From the NCBI GenBank assembly GCA_025059535.1, contig JANXCX010000006.1:10913-74912 (forward strand): DNA of 64,000 bases, written 5' to 3'. The position numbers and the translations under genes were made by a program. Under the pieces are notes generated by a model. That model saw nothing but the letters and a program-made list of their open reading frames with translations. It did no database searches and was not told the origin of the DNA. Positions 1 through 7,708 of this stretch are shown here, piece by piece. This stretch comes from Bacteroidia bacterium (lineage in GTDB: Bacteria > Bacteroidota > Bacteroidia > SpSt-205). How positions within the stretch are numbered: position 1 is the first letter of the stretch; each line of letters begins with the position of its first letter.

Positions 1-14
1 GCCCCCGCATTGAT

Positions 15-488
15 ATGACGCCCATGGTGGATTTGGGCTTTTTACTGCTTACTTTCTTCGTGCTCACTACCACTATGTCTACCCCCAATACAATGCCCGT
101 GGTAGTACCGCCTAAGATTACCGAGAAAGATGAGGTAGAGCCGCCAAAGATTGCCGAGGGTAAGGTAATTACTCTGCTGGTAGGACGAGGAAAAGTATAT
201 TACTATACAGGCATAGAAAAGCCTGAACTTCATCAGACTGACTTTTCCCCGCAGGGAGGCGTGCGGCGGGTGCTTCTCCAGCGACGCCAAGAGGTAGCCG
301 CACGCTACGGAAACCCCGACGAAATGATCGTTATAATCAAGATGCTGGACGAAGCTCAATATAAGGACTTTGTGGATATCTTGGATGAGATGAATATCAT
401 TCAGCAGCGTAAATATGCCTTAGTGGATATTACCAAGGAAGAAGCAGAAATGGTAGAGGAGTACAAAAAGCAAATAAAGTCCTCTTAG
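15..488 (+). CDS. exbD: Biopolymer transporter ExbD (5' end probably runs off the window)
   Basis: PRIDMTPMVDLGFLLLTFF motif; C-terminal Y.DFVDILDEM; frame open to the window edge; followed by tonB. Confidence 0.92.
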   Translation: MTPMVDLGFLLLTFFVLTTTMSTPNTMPVVVPPKITEKDEVEPPKIAEGKVITLLVGRGKVYYYTGIEKPELHQTDFSPQGGVRRVLLQRRQEVAARYGNPDEMIVIIKMLDEAQYKDFVDILDEMNIIQQRKYALVDITKEEAEMVEEYKKQIKSS

Positions 489-491
489 CCT

Positions 492-1304
492 ATGAAGGCG
501 GCGGCGTTTGATTGGGATGACAGGCTATTTGCGCGCCGGAACAAGGAGTATGGCGCTTACTTCCTCCGCAAAAACTATGTGCGCCACACTTTGGGAGCTT
601 TACTTATTGCAATTAGTGGCGTTGGTATAGGCATAGCGGTGCCCTTCGTAAAGGCCTATATAGAGGCGAAGCTCCATGGGCTCAAGCGGGAGAAGCGGCG
701 CGCGGTTATTACTGAGCTTATGGAGCCGCCTCCAATAGATAAGAAGAATGAGCCACCGCCGCCTCCGATAGAGCAGCCCCCGCCCCCCCCTCAAAGAGCT
801 CAAATCAAGTTTGTACCCCCGCAAGTAGTCAAGGAAGAGGAGGCGCGTAAGGAAGAAACTATCGCCAACATAGATACCCTAATGAAAGTAGACCCTGGCA
901 CCAAAGATGTACAAGGCGACCCCAATGCTATCCCTGAAATAGGAGAGGTAGGCGGTACGGGCAATCAGCCTGTAGAAGTCGTGGAGAAAGAAGAGGACCC
1001 AGATCCTACGGCTTTTGTAGCGGTTGAAAAGGAGCCGCAACCGGTAAATATGGACGATATCCGGCGTCGCATAGGCTATCCCCCCCTAGCCAAGGAAGCT
1101 GGCATACAGGGAAAGGTAATCGTGCGCGTCCTGGTAGGCAAAACCGGAAAGTACGAAAAGCACATGGTACTACGCTCACCGCACAAAATCCTCACTGAGG
1201 CGGTAGAAAAGGAGCTGCCTAATCTGGAATTCACCCCTGGCATTCAAGCCGGCAAACCCATCAAAGTATGGGTTACCATTCCGTTTGACTTCCAGCTTAG
1301 ATGA
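492..1304 (+). CDS. tonB: Energy transducer TonB
   Basis: RNKEYGAY.LR N-terminus typical of Bacteroidota, TM helix, Pro-rich linker, YPPLAKEAGIQGKVIV TonB C-terminal domain. Confidence 0.93.
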   Translation: MKAAAFDWDDRLFARRNKEYGAYFLRKNYVRHTLGALLIAISGVGIGIAVPFVKAYIEAKLHGLKREKRRAVITELMEPPPIDKKNEPPPPPIEQPPPPPQRAQIKFVPPQVVKEEEARKEETIANIDTLMKVDPGTKDVQGDPNAIPEIGEVGGTGNQPVEVVEKEEDPDPTAFVAVEKEPQPVNMDDIRRRIGYPPLAKEAGIQGKVIVRVLVGKTGKYEKHMVLRSPHKILTEAVEKELPNLEFTPGIQAGKPIKVWVTIPFDFQLR

Positions 1305-1891
1305 AAGTTTTGCCCTGGTTCTTGGGGATTTTTTTTCTGTGGGGTTGTCGTTCTTCTCTTTCGCCTATTTCGGATCGGTCGGCGGATTCTTCCCCTTCTG
1401 CGGTGGCTGAGCCTTCCAAAGGGTTAGTAGAACGGATTGCCGACAGTTTAGAACAGCCGGCGAAAGAATCTGCGCCCCCTTCACTGGCTTTGGCTGAGAG
1501 TACGGCTCGTGCTAAGCCGATGGCCGGCACCCAGCTACCCCCCCTCCGACGCGAGCCCTGGATGGATACCCTACTGGATTTGAGTCATGTACCGCCCCCT
1601 AATAGTGCGGTGGAGTTAGAAGAGGAAGCCATACCCCAAAACCTTTCGTCGGTGGAAATTCTCCTCAGCCATCGCTTGCGTCCTACTACCCCTCTGCGAG
1701 TTACTCTGCGCGCCTACATAGGAGAAGAAGGACGCGTGCGCCGCATCCAAATTTTAGAAACTAGCGATACTAACCTGCAAATACAGCATCTAGTTCCTCC
1801 CTTATTGGAACTGCGGTGCAGCCCTGCTACCAACCGGGGACGGAATGTAGCCAGCTGGATTAAGGTTAAGCTGCATATCAAGCCACTATGA
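1301..1891 (+). CDS. Lipoprotein with a divergent TonB C-terminal-like domain
   Basis: Lipobox LWGC; C-terminal VTLRAYIGEEGRVRRIQIL...SPATNRGRNVASWIKV resembles a TonB CTD; ATGA overlaps at both ends. Confidence 0.65.
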   Translation: MKVLPWFLGIFFLWGCRSSLSPISDRSADSSPSAVAEPSKGLVERIADSLEQPAKESAPPSLALAESTARAKPMAGTQLPPLRREPWMDTLLDLSHVPPPNSAVELEEEAIPQNLSSVEILLSHRLRPTTPLRVTLRAYIGEEGRVRRIQILETSDTNLQIQHLVPPLLELRCSPATNRGRNVASWIKVKLHIKPL

Positions 1892-2391
1892 AGATACCGG
1901 CTGAAATCGTACAAAACCTAAACGAACAGCTCAATCGTGAGCTATACGCCCATTATCTGTACCTCGTCATGGCCAGTTACTTTTTTGAACGCGAGCTAGC
2001 TGGCTTTGGTGCCTTCTTCCTCAAGCAGTCCGAAGAAGAACGGGAGCATGCTATGCGCCTCTTCCATTACCTCATGGAAAAAGGAGCTACCTTCAATCCG
2101 CTCCCCATTGAGATTCCGCCTAAAAATTATGAGTCCCCTGTGAGCTGTTTTCAATTAGCTTACGAATACGAGCAGAAGGTTACGCTGAGCTACTACAATT
2201 TGCTCAAAAAGGCGCGCGACCTGGGCGAGTATGACGTAGAGGAGTTTCTCTGGTGGTATATTCGGGAGCAGCGGGAGGAGGAGGCTCTCATGCAATACTG
2301 GCTTACGCGTACGACTTTAGTGAAAGATAATAACGCCGGACTTTTGCTTTTGGATAAAGAGGCCCGTAAGTATGCCCGCAAGCGCGACTGA
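1888..2391 (+). CDS. ftnA: Non-heme ferritin
   Basis: LNEQLNRELYA..LYL.MA, EEREHA and EQREEE ferroxidase motifs. Confidence 0.92.
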   Translation: MKIPAEIVQNLNEQLNRELYAHYLYLVMASYFFERELAGFGAFFLKQSEEEREHAMRLFHYLMEKGATFNPLPIEIPPKNYESPVSCFQLAYEYEQKVTLSYYNLLKKARDLGEYDVEEFLWWYIREQREEEALMQYWLTRTTLVKDNNAGLLLLDKEARKYARKRD

Positions 2392-3269
2392 TGCGGCGTG
2401 CCCGGCTGCTCCATAGCCCAGAAGTAGTGGAAATATTGAGCTTAGATACGGCTCAGGGAATAGCTACGATACGGCGTCAGGGCTTTATCCAAAAGGTTCT
2501 CCTCAAGGACCTAGTGTGGGAAGAGCCGCCCTCCGCCCTAGCTCTTGGGGCAAGTAAAGCGCCTCTAGAGATTAGCTACCTCCGAGTTTCCCCCCGATTT
2601 GCCAGCGGCGAGGTTAGCCTTGAGATAGGCCATAACGGGCCTTATTCGGCTTTTTATGTCCTTTACCTTCGTCAGGGAACGGGTTTGTGGCAGGTTATTT
2701 GGCAAGGCGTCCTTGCCGCTGGGGAAATTTGCACGGAGCTTATTCGGCTTGCTGACTATCCCCCCCCTTGGGAGCTTAGGCTCCAGCGGTTGAGCTTACC
2801 GACGGCTGCCGTGCCCTATATAGACTCTCCTTTAGACCAAGTTTGGCACATACGCTATGCGGATTTTACCCGCGGTACCCCGTGGCAGGCCACTTTAGCT
2901 TCTTCCCACCCGAGTCTCCCTTCGGCGCCGCCTCCTCGCCTTTCGCCCGAAAGCCCTCCCTCCTACCCTGCTCCACCTAAGTCTACCCCAGCTGAATTTG
3001 TAGATTTACACATAGAGAAGCTAGCCCCTCAGTTGAAAGAGGCTGAGCCCGAAGTAATTTTTGCCTTTCAAGTGCGCTGCATGGAGAATTATCTGCACGC
3101 GTGTGCCCAAAATGGGCGTAGTTCTACTATAGTGATTCACGGGGTTGGCCGAAAAAAACTCAGAGAAGCTCTCTTACGCCTTTGTGCGGAAAACGGCTGG
3201 GCGCCTGAGCTTCTTCTTATCCCTCCCTATAAAGGAGGGGCTACACGGGTGCATTTCAAGTCAGGCTAA
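2391..3269 (+). CDS. Smr/MutS2 C-terminal domain protein (DUF2027-like)
   Basis: VDLHIEKL, VIHGVG..KLR and YKGGAT Smr motifs. Confidence 0.8.
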   Translation: MRRARLLHSPEVVEILSLDTAQGIATIRRQGFIQKVLLKDLVWEEPPSALALGASKAPLEISYLRVSPRFASGEVSLEIGHNGPYSAFYVLYLRQGTGLWQVIWQGVLAAGEICTELIRLADYPPPWELRLQRLSLPTAAVPYIDSPLDQVWHIRYADFTRGTPWQATLASSHPSLPSAPPPRLSPESPPSYPAPPKSTPAEFVDLHIEKLAPQLKEAEPEVIFAFQVRCMENYLHACAQNGRSSTIVIHGVGRKKLREALLRLCAENGWAPELLLIPPYKGGATRVHFKSG

Positions 3270-3402
3270 TCGCACTAAATAGGAGGTCCTTTTAGCCACC
3301 CTAACGAAGACCTAAGCAGGGTTTAGGCAGGGAGGTCCTTCGGTGCTTTTCACTGCAAGGCCTGAGGAAATTCTCTATCGGGCTATTTTGTTGCCTTGAA
3401 GC

Positions 3403-3564
3403 GTGGGCCGAGGGAGAAAACGGCGGCGCACTTTCAATATTCCCGAGGAGTTACAAGGTCTTTCGCCGCGCATATTGGAGAACGGCGCGGTGGATTTGGG
3501 CATACCGCGGGAAAAGCTTCTACGTTTCTTGGAGCGGCTCCGTAGAGGGGAGGAAGGGGAGTAG
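3403..3564 (+). CDS. Small hypothetical protein (53 aa, not in the ORF track)
   Basis: GTG-MGRGRKRRRTFNIPEELQGLSPRILENGAVDLGIPREKLLRFLERLRRGEEGE-TAG, translated by hand; protein-like and fills an otherwise unusual gap. Confidence 0.55.
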   Translation: MGRGRKRRRTFNIPEELQGLSPRILENGAVDLGIPREKLLRFLERLRRGEEGE

Positions 3565-4146
3565 GTTTTCTATGGGCCCGCTTCCTTGCCGCAGCACGCG
3601 CAGGGCGGCTAACCCTTCGCTCAGATCTAAGACTGTCGTTTGATTGGGTGGAAGGGGGCCTGCATCAAGAACCTCATCTACCTGAGCCGCATAGCTCGCC
3701 CACGACTCCAAAGGGACACTAGCCGTAACAATAGGACAGCTTAGGGCCTCCAGCAGGGCCTCTACCACCGGATAGGCTGAGACGCGAAAGCCTATAGTTT
3801 TTCTGTACCAGAGATGACGGGGAATAGCTGGCCCGGCACGCAGGATGACGGTATAAGGGCCAGGCCACAGGCGCCGTAATAACCTATAGGTAGGCGTATC
3901 TACCCCTAAAGCGTAGGTGCCTATGGCACTTACGCTGGGAAGGAATACGGAAAAGAGATTCTTATCTGGGCGTACTCCCTTGAGGCGGCACAGCCGTTCA
4001 AAGGCGGCTTTTTGCGAGATGAGGCAGCCTATGGCATAGGTTGTGTCGGTGGGATAAAGGACGATTCCCCCTCCTTCCAAGGCACGCTGAGCTCGCAGGA
4101 TAGCTCGCTTATGGGGTATACCCTCCCTAACCTCCCACCGAGCCAT
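3520..4146 (-). CDS. Sua5/YciO/YrdC family (threonylcarbamoyl-AMP synthase-like)
   Basis: GGIVLYPTDTTYAIGC, LWPGPYTVIL, KTIGFRV and VLRQGSG motifs. Confidence 0.9.
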   Translation of the reverse strand: MARWEVREGIPHKRAILRAQRALEGGGIVLYPTDTTYAIGCLISQKAAFERLCRLKGVRPDKNLFSVFLPSVSAIGTYALGVDTPTYRLLRRLWPGPYTVILRAGPAIPRHLWYRKTIGFRVSAYPVVEALLEALSCPIVTASVPLESWASYAAQVDEVLDAGPLPPNQTTVLDLSEGLAALRVLRQGSGPIENLLPFLPSTEPLQET

Positions 4147-4928
4147 TAGAGCAGACCCAAGCGCTCCGCCAGCAGCTCAGCTATATCCTGAACGCGCACG
4201 CTGTCATATTTGCCCGCATGCTTTACCCCATCCGTAATCATCGTCATACAGAAAGGACAGCCCACGGCTATACGCTGGGGTTGTAGGGCGAGCAATTCTT
4301 CGGTGCGCTCAATGTTGATGTCTTTTCGGCCGGGTTCGGGTTCTTTGAACATTTGGGCGCCGCCGGCCCCGCAGCAAAGGGCAAAATCCCGATGGCGGGG
4401 TGGCTCCTGCAGCTCCATACCCGTATAGCGCAAGAGCCTGCGTGGGGCCTCATATTCGCCATTGCCTCGGCCTAAGTAGCAGGGGTCATGATATACAAGG
4501 CGGCCTTTTAGGTGCCCATCCGCTGGCAACCGCAAACGCCCTTCGGCAATAAGCTTGTAGAGGTACTGCGTATGATGCCATACTTCAAAATCCCCGCCCA
4601 GCGCAGGGTATTCGTTCTTGAGCGTATTGAAGCAGTGGGGGCAGGTGGCTACTATAGTTTTTATCTCATAGCTCTTGAGTAGCTGAATATTCTGCAGGGC
4701 CAGCGTTTGGAAGAGGAAGTCGTTACCGGCCCGTTTGGCCGGGTCGCCGGTGCAGGATTCTTCGGTGCCTAGGATGCCCCAGCGTATGCCGGCGGCCTCT
4801 AGAAGCCGCACGAAGGCGCGGGCCACGCGTTGGGCCCGATCATCAAAGCTAGCGGCGCAGCCTACCCAATACAGCACTTCTGGCTTTTCACCCGCTGCCG
4901 CCCAGGCGCTAAGCAGGCGTCCTGGCAT
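4146..4928 (-). CDS. CCG-domain Fe-S protein (FadF/HdrD-like)
   Basis: YWVGC, ESCTGDPA, CPHC, YHDPCYLGR, CCGAGG, GCPFC. Confidence 0.9.
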   Translation of the reverse strand: MPGRLLSAWAAAGEKPEVLYWVGCAASFDDRAQRVARAFVRLLEAAGIRWGILGTEESCTGDPAKRAGNDFLFQTLALQNIQLLKSYEIKTIVATCPHCFNTLKNEYPALGGDFEVWHHTQYLYKLIAEGRLRLPADGHLKGRLVYHDPCYLGRGNGEYEAPRRLLRYTGMELQEPPRHRDFALCCGAGGAQMFKEPEPGRKDINIERTEELLALQPQRIAVGCPFCMTMITDGVKHAGKYDSVRVQDIAELLAERLGLL

Positions 4929-4931
4929 AAC

Positions 4932-6239
4932 TCAGGCGGAAAGGAGGGATTGGGCCCAGTTCGCCCTATCTGCGGCGGGTAAAGCCCACGGCGAGCCGTT
5001 ATTCTCCAAATTCACGAAAAGGACATTTAGCGTTTCGGGGGCCTGCGCAGCTTCCATGGTCATATACTGACGCAGGGCGAGGATAATCGCCAATGGATTT
5101 ATAAGCACGGGGCAGGCCCGCACGCAAGCCCCGCAGGTAGTACAAGCCCATATCTCCTCCGGGGTAATGTAATCCCCCAGGAGTGCCTTGCCGTCTGGCT
5201 CCCATTTGCCTGTGCGGTAAAGCGTGCGCTTGATCTCTTCCAGCCGATCGCGCGTGTCCATGAGAATCTTTCGGGGTGAGAGCTTTTTACCGGTTATATT
5301 CGCTGGGCATACGGCCGTACAGCGTCCGCATTCGGTGCAGGTGTAGGCATCAAGTAGGCTCTTCCAAGAGAGATCCGTAACATCCTTAGCCCCCAAGGTG
5401 CCATCTGCCTCGACAGAAGTCCCGTTAGCCAGCCCCAGACTTTCTCGGACGATAGCGGTTACCTGCGGTAGGGAGTCTAATTTGCCGACCGGCTCCTCCC
5501 GGGCATAATAGGTATTAGGAAAAGCCAAGAATATGTGAAGGTGTTTGGAAAAGGGGATATAATTGAGAAAGGCCAGAATACCCAGAATGTGGGCCCACCA
5601 GGCGGCGCGTTCAATGACTATAAGCGTATCATCCGACAACCCCGAAAAGAAGGGCATAAGCCAGCGGCTGATTGGAAAGGTACCTGCTGATAGATAAGGC
5701 CCTACCTGCCGAGCTTGCAAGAGCTGATCCGCTGCATTCATTACAAATAGAGCCACTACCAGTCCTATTTCCGTCCATAGGATTATGTTAGCGTCCAGCG
5801 GGGGCCATCCGCGCATCTCAGCTGTATGAAAACGCGGCACCTTAAGCACATTTCGGCGCCACAGAAAAATCACGGCCGCTACGAAGACCAGCGCCATGAA
5901 AATCTCGGCCGCCACGGTCATAGCGTCATAAAAGACACCCAAGTAAGGGGCAAGAACCCTATGGGTTCCAGCAAGGCCATCCAGAATTATTTCGGCTACC
6001 TCTAGGTTTATCACAAAGAAGCCTACATAAATCACCCAGTGCGCCAAAGCCGCTACGGGCTTATCCATCATGCGCTGTTGGAAAACTGCCACACGTAGCA
6101 TGCGCAGCCATCGCCGCAGGGGCGAATCCGAAGGCATATAGGGACGCCCCAAACGGATAGTCCGACTCAGCAGCCGTACATGATAGGCAAAAATCCCTAT
6201 AGCCGTTAGGAGGACTATGGCAAAAATTACCTGAGCCAT
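4932..6239 (-). CDS. Membrane Fe-S oxidoreductase (NarI-like TM region plus 2x[4Fe-4S], FadF-like N-half)
   Basis: TM helices with His, PFSKHLH, CTECGRCTAVCP and CTTCGACVRACP. Confidence 0.9.
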   Translation of the reverse strand: MAQVIFAIVLLTAIGIFAYHVRLLSRTIRLGRPYMPSDSPLRRWLRMLRVAVFQQRMMDKPVAALAHWVIYVGFFVINLEVAEIILDGLAGTHRVLAPYLGVFYDAMTVAAEIFMALVFVAAVIFLWRRNVLKVPRFHTAEMRGWPPLDANIILWTEIGLVVALFVMNAADQLLQARQVGPYLSAGTFPISRWLMPFFSGLSDDTLIVIERAAWWAHILGILAFLNYIPFSKHLHIFLAFPNTYYAREEPVGKLDSLPQVTAIVRESLGLANGTSVEADGTLGAKDVTDLSWKSLLDAYTCTECGRCTAVCPANITGKKLSPRKILMDTRDRLEEIKRTLYRTGKWEPDGKALLGDYITPEEIWACTTCGACVRACPVLINPLAIILALRQYMTMEAAQAPETLNVLFVNLENNGSPWALPAADRANWAQSLLSA

Positions 6240-6265
6240 CAACTACCTAAACCTTTTACCGCCCT

Positions 6266-6481
6266 TCATTCTTCCTCAAAGAGGAATTCCTCACGAGAGG
6301 GGTAGTCTGGCCAGATGTCTTCCATGGATTCGTAGATAGTATCATCATCGGGAAGTTCCCGCAAATTTTCTAAGACTTCTATGGGTGCGCCGATCCGCTC
6401 GGCATAGTCTATCAGTTCGTTTCGGGTAGCTGGCCAGGGTGCATCCTCCAGATACGAGGCAAGCTCCAAGGTCCAGTACAT
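6266..6481 (-). CDS. DUF2795 domain protein
   Basis: MYWTLELASYLEDAPWPAT..ELIDY, the conserved Bacteroidota form. Confidence 0.9.
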   Translation of the reverse strand: MYWTLELASYLEDAPWPATRNELIDYAERIGAPIEVLENLRELPDDDTIYESMEDIWPDYPSREEFLFEEE

Positions 6482-6497
6482 ACCAAGGGCAAATATA
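6479..6497 (-). promoter_or_regulatory. TAnnTTTG promoter plus 8-nt spacer, identical to the hpf copy at 63545-63563
   Basis: Minus strand TATATTTG-CCCTTGGT-ATG. Confidence 0.75.
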
Positions 6498-6522
6498 CGA
6501 AATTTGCCTAGGCCGAGTTGGA

Positions 6523-6530
6523 TATTTTTG
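6523..6530 (+). promoter_or_regulatory. -7 promoter box for the rhomboid gene
   Basis: TATTTTTG, 4 nt before ATG 6535. Confidence 0.7.
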
Positions 6531-6534
6531 CGGC

Positions 6535-7089
6535 ATGGGTCTTACCGAAGGGATAATAGGTGCGTGTATCCTCCTCTCCTTTTGGGCGTGGGCCCAAGAA
6601 CGGCCAAGCGCTTTGTGGGTCAAATGGGGCCTCAGTCCGTACGCCGTACGCCACCATAGCGAATGGTACCGGCTTTTCACCAGCCTATTCTTTCACGGCG
6701 AAATTGTGCACCTTCTGGTAAATAGTCTCGTATTCTATTCTTTTGGGCGTCCTATGGAGCGGTATTATGGCTGGAAGGCTTATCTGGTCCTCCTTTTTAT
6801 CGGCGCCCTGGCAAGCGGGCTACTGACACTCTGGAGGTACAGAGAGGACTACCGCCACCTTAGCATCGGCCTTTCTGGGGTAGTAAGTGCGGTCCTTTTT
6901 GCCTATATTCTTCATTATCCCCGGGCTACGCTGCTCCTATTTGGCCTTTTACCTCTGCCCGCCTGGGTATTTGCGCTACTTTACGTGGGCTACAGCCTGT
7001 ATGCGGCCTTTGAGGAGAGGAGCTTTGTAAATCACTGGGCTCACTTAGGCGGGGCTTTGGGCGGCTTGGCTTTTGCCTATCTGACTTAG
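6535..7089 (+). CDS. Rhomboid intramembrane serine protease
   Basis: WYRLFTSLFFH...HLLVN, GLSG, AHLGGALGG; start moved to 6535 on promoter position. Confidence 0.92.
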   Translation: MGLTEGIIGACILLSFWAWAQERPSALWVKWGLSPYAVRHHSEWYRLFTSLFFHGEIVHLLVNSLVFYSFGRPMERYYGWKAYLVLLFIGALASGLLTLWRYREDYRHLSIGLSGVVSAVLFAYILHYPRATLLLFGLLPLPAWVFALLYVGYSLYAAFEERSFVNHWAHLGGALGGLAFAYLT

Positions 7090-7689
7090 GTGCGCTACGC
7101 GCCTATACCCCCAGAGTTCTTCCTGCAGGATGTATGGACAGTAAGCCGAGCGCTATTGGGTAAAATCCTGATAGTAAGTTCGGCGGAGGGCGAAGCAGCG
7201 GTACGCCTCACAGAGGTAGAGGCTTATGCGGGCGTTTCGGATCGGGCCTGCCATGCGTATGGGGGACGTTACACGGCGCGCACCGCGCCTATGTTCCAAG
7301 TCGGGGGTACGCTCTACATCTACAAATGCTATGGCCTCCATCACCTGCTCAACCTCGTTACAGGCCCTGCCGGCGATCCCTGTGCCGTACTCATACGGGC
7401 TGGAGAGCCGCTCTGGGGAATTCCGCTTATGCAGGCCCGGCGCAAAGTCAAGGACCTCCACCGCCTTACCGTTGGACCAGGAAATTTTACCCAAGCCTTG
7501 GGAATTCCTCTAAGCTGGTCAGGTCAGAGCCTTTTTGACCATCCTTACCTAAAGCTGGTAGATGAGGGTTATGTGCCTTCAGAAATTGCGTCTGGCCCGC
7601 GTATAGGCGTGGCCTACGCCGGCCCCGATGCCCACCACCCCTGGCGCTACTGGATAAAGGGCTCCCCCTTCGTATCGCGCCCTTCTTAG
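7090..7689 (+). CDS. mpg: DNA-3-methyladenine glycosylase (MPG/AAG)
   Basis: EVEAY, YIY.CYGLH..LN, AVLIRA, GPG...ALGI, GPRIGV. Confidence 0.93.
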   Translation: MRYAPIPPEFFLQDVWTVSRALLGKILIVSSAEGEAAVRLTEVEAYAGVSDRACHAYGGRYTARTAPMFQVGGTLYIYKCYGLHHLLNLVTGPAGDPCAVLIRAGEPLWGIPLMQARRKVKDLHRLTVGPGNFTQALGIPLSWSGQSLFDHPYLKLVDEGYVPSEIASGPRIGVAYAGPDAHHPWRYWIKGSPFVSRPS

Positions 7690-7696
7690 GCCTTTT

Positions 7697-7704
7697 TACC
7701 TTTG
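7697..7704 (+). promoter_or_regulatory. -7 promoter box for valS
   Basis: TACCTTTG, 4 nt before ATG 7709. Confidence 0.75.
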
Positions 7705-7708
7705 CCTT

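Noticed and set aside
750-792. C-rich low-complexity run in tonB
   Set aside because: Encodes the normal poly-proline linker
3282-3340. GGAGGTCCTT direct repeat as a CRISPR remnant
   Set aside because: Only two 10-bp copies and no cas genes
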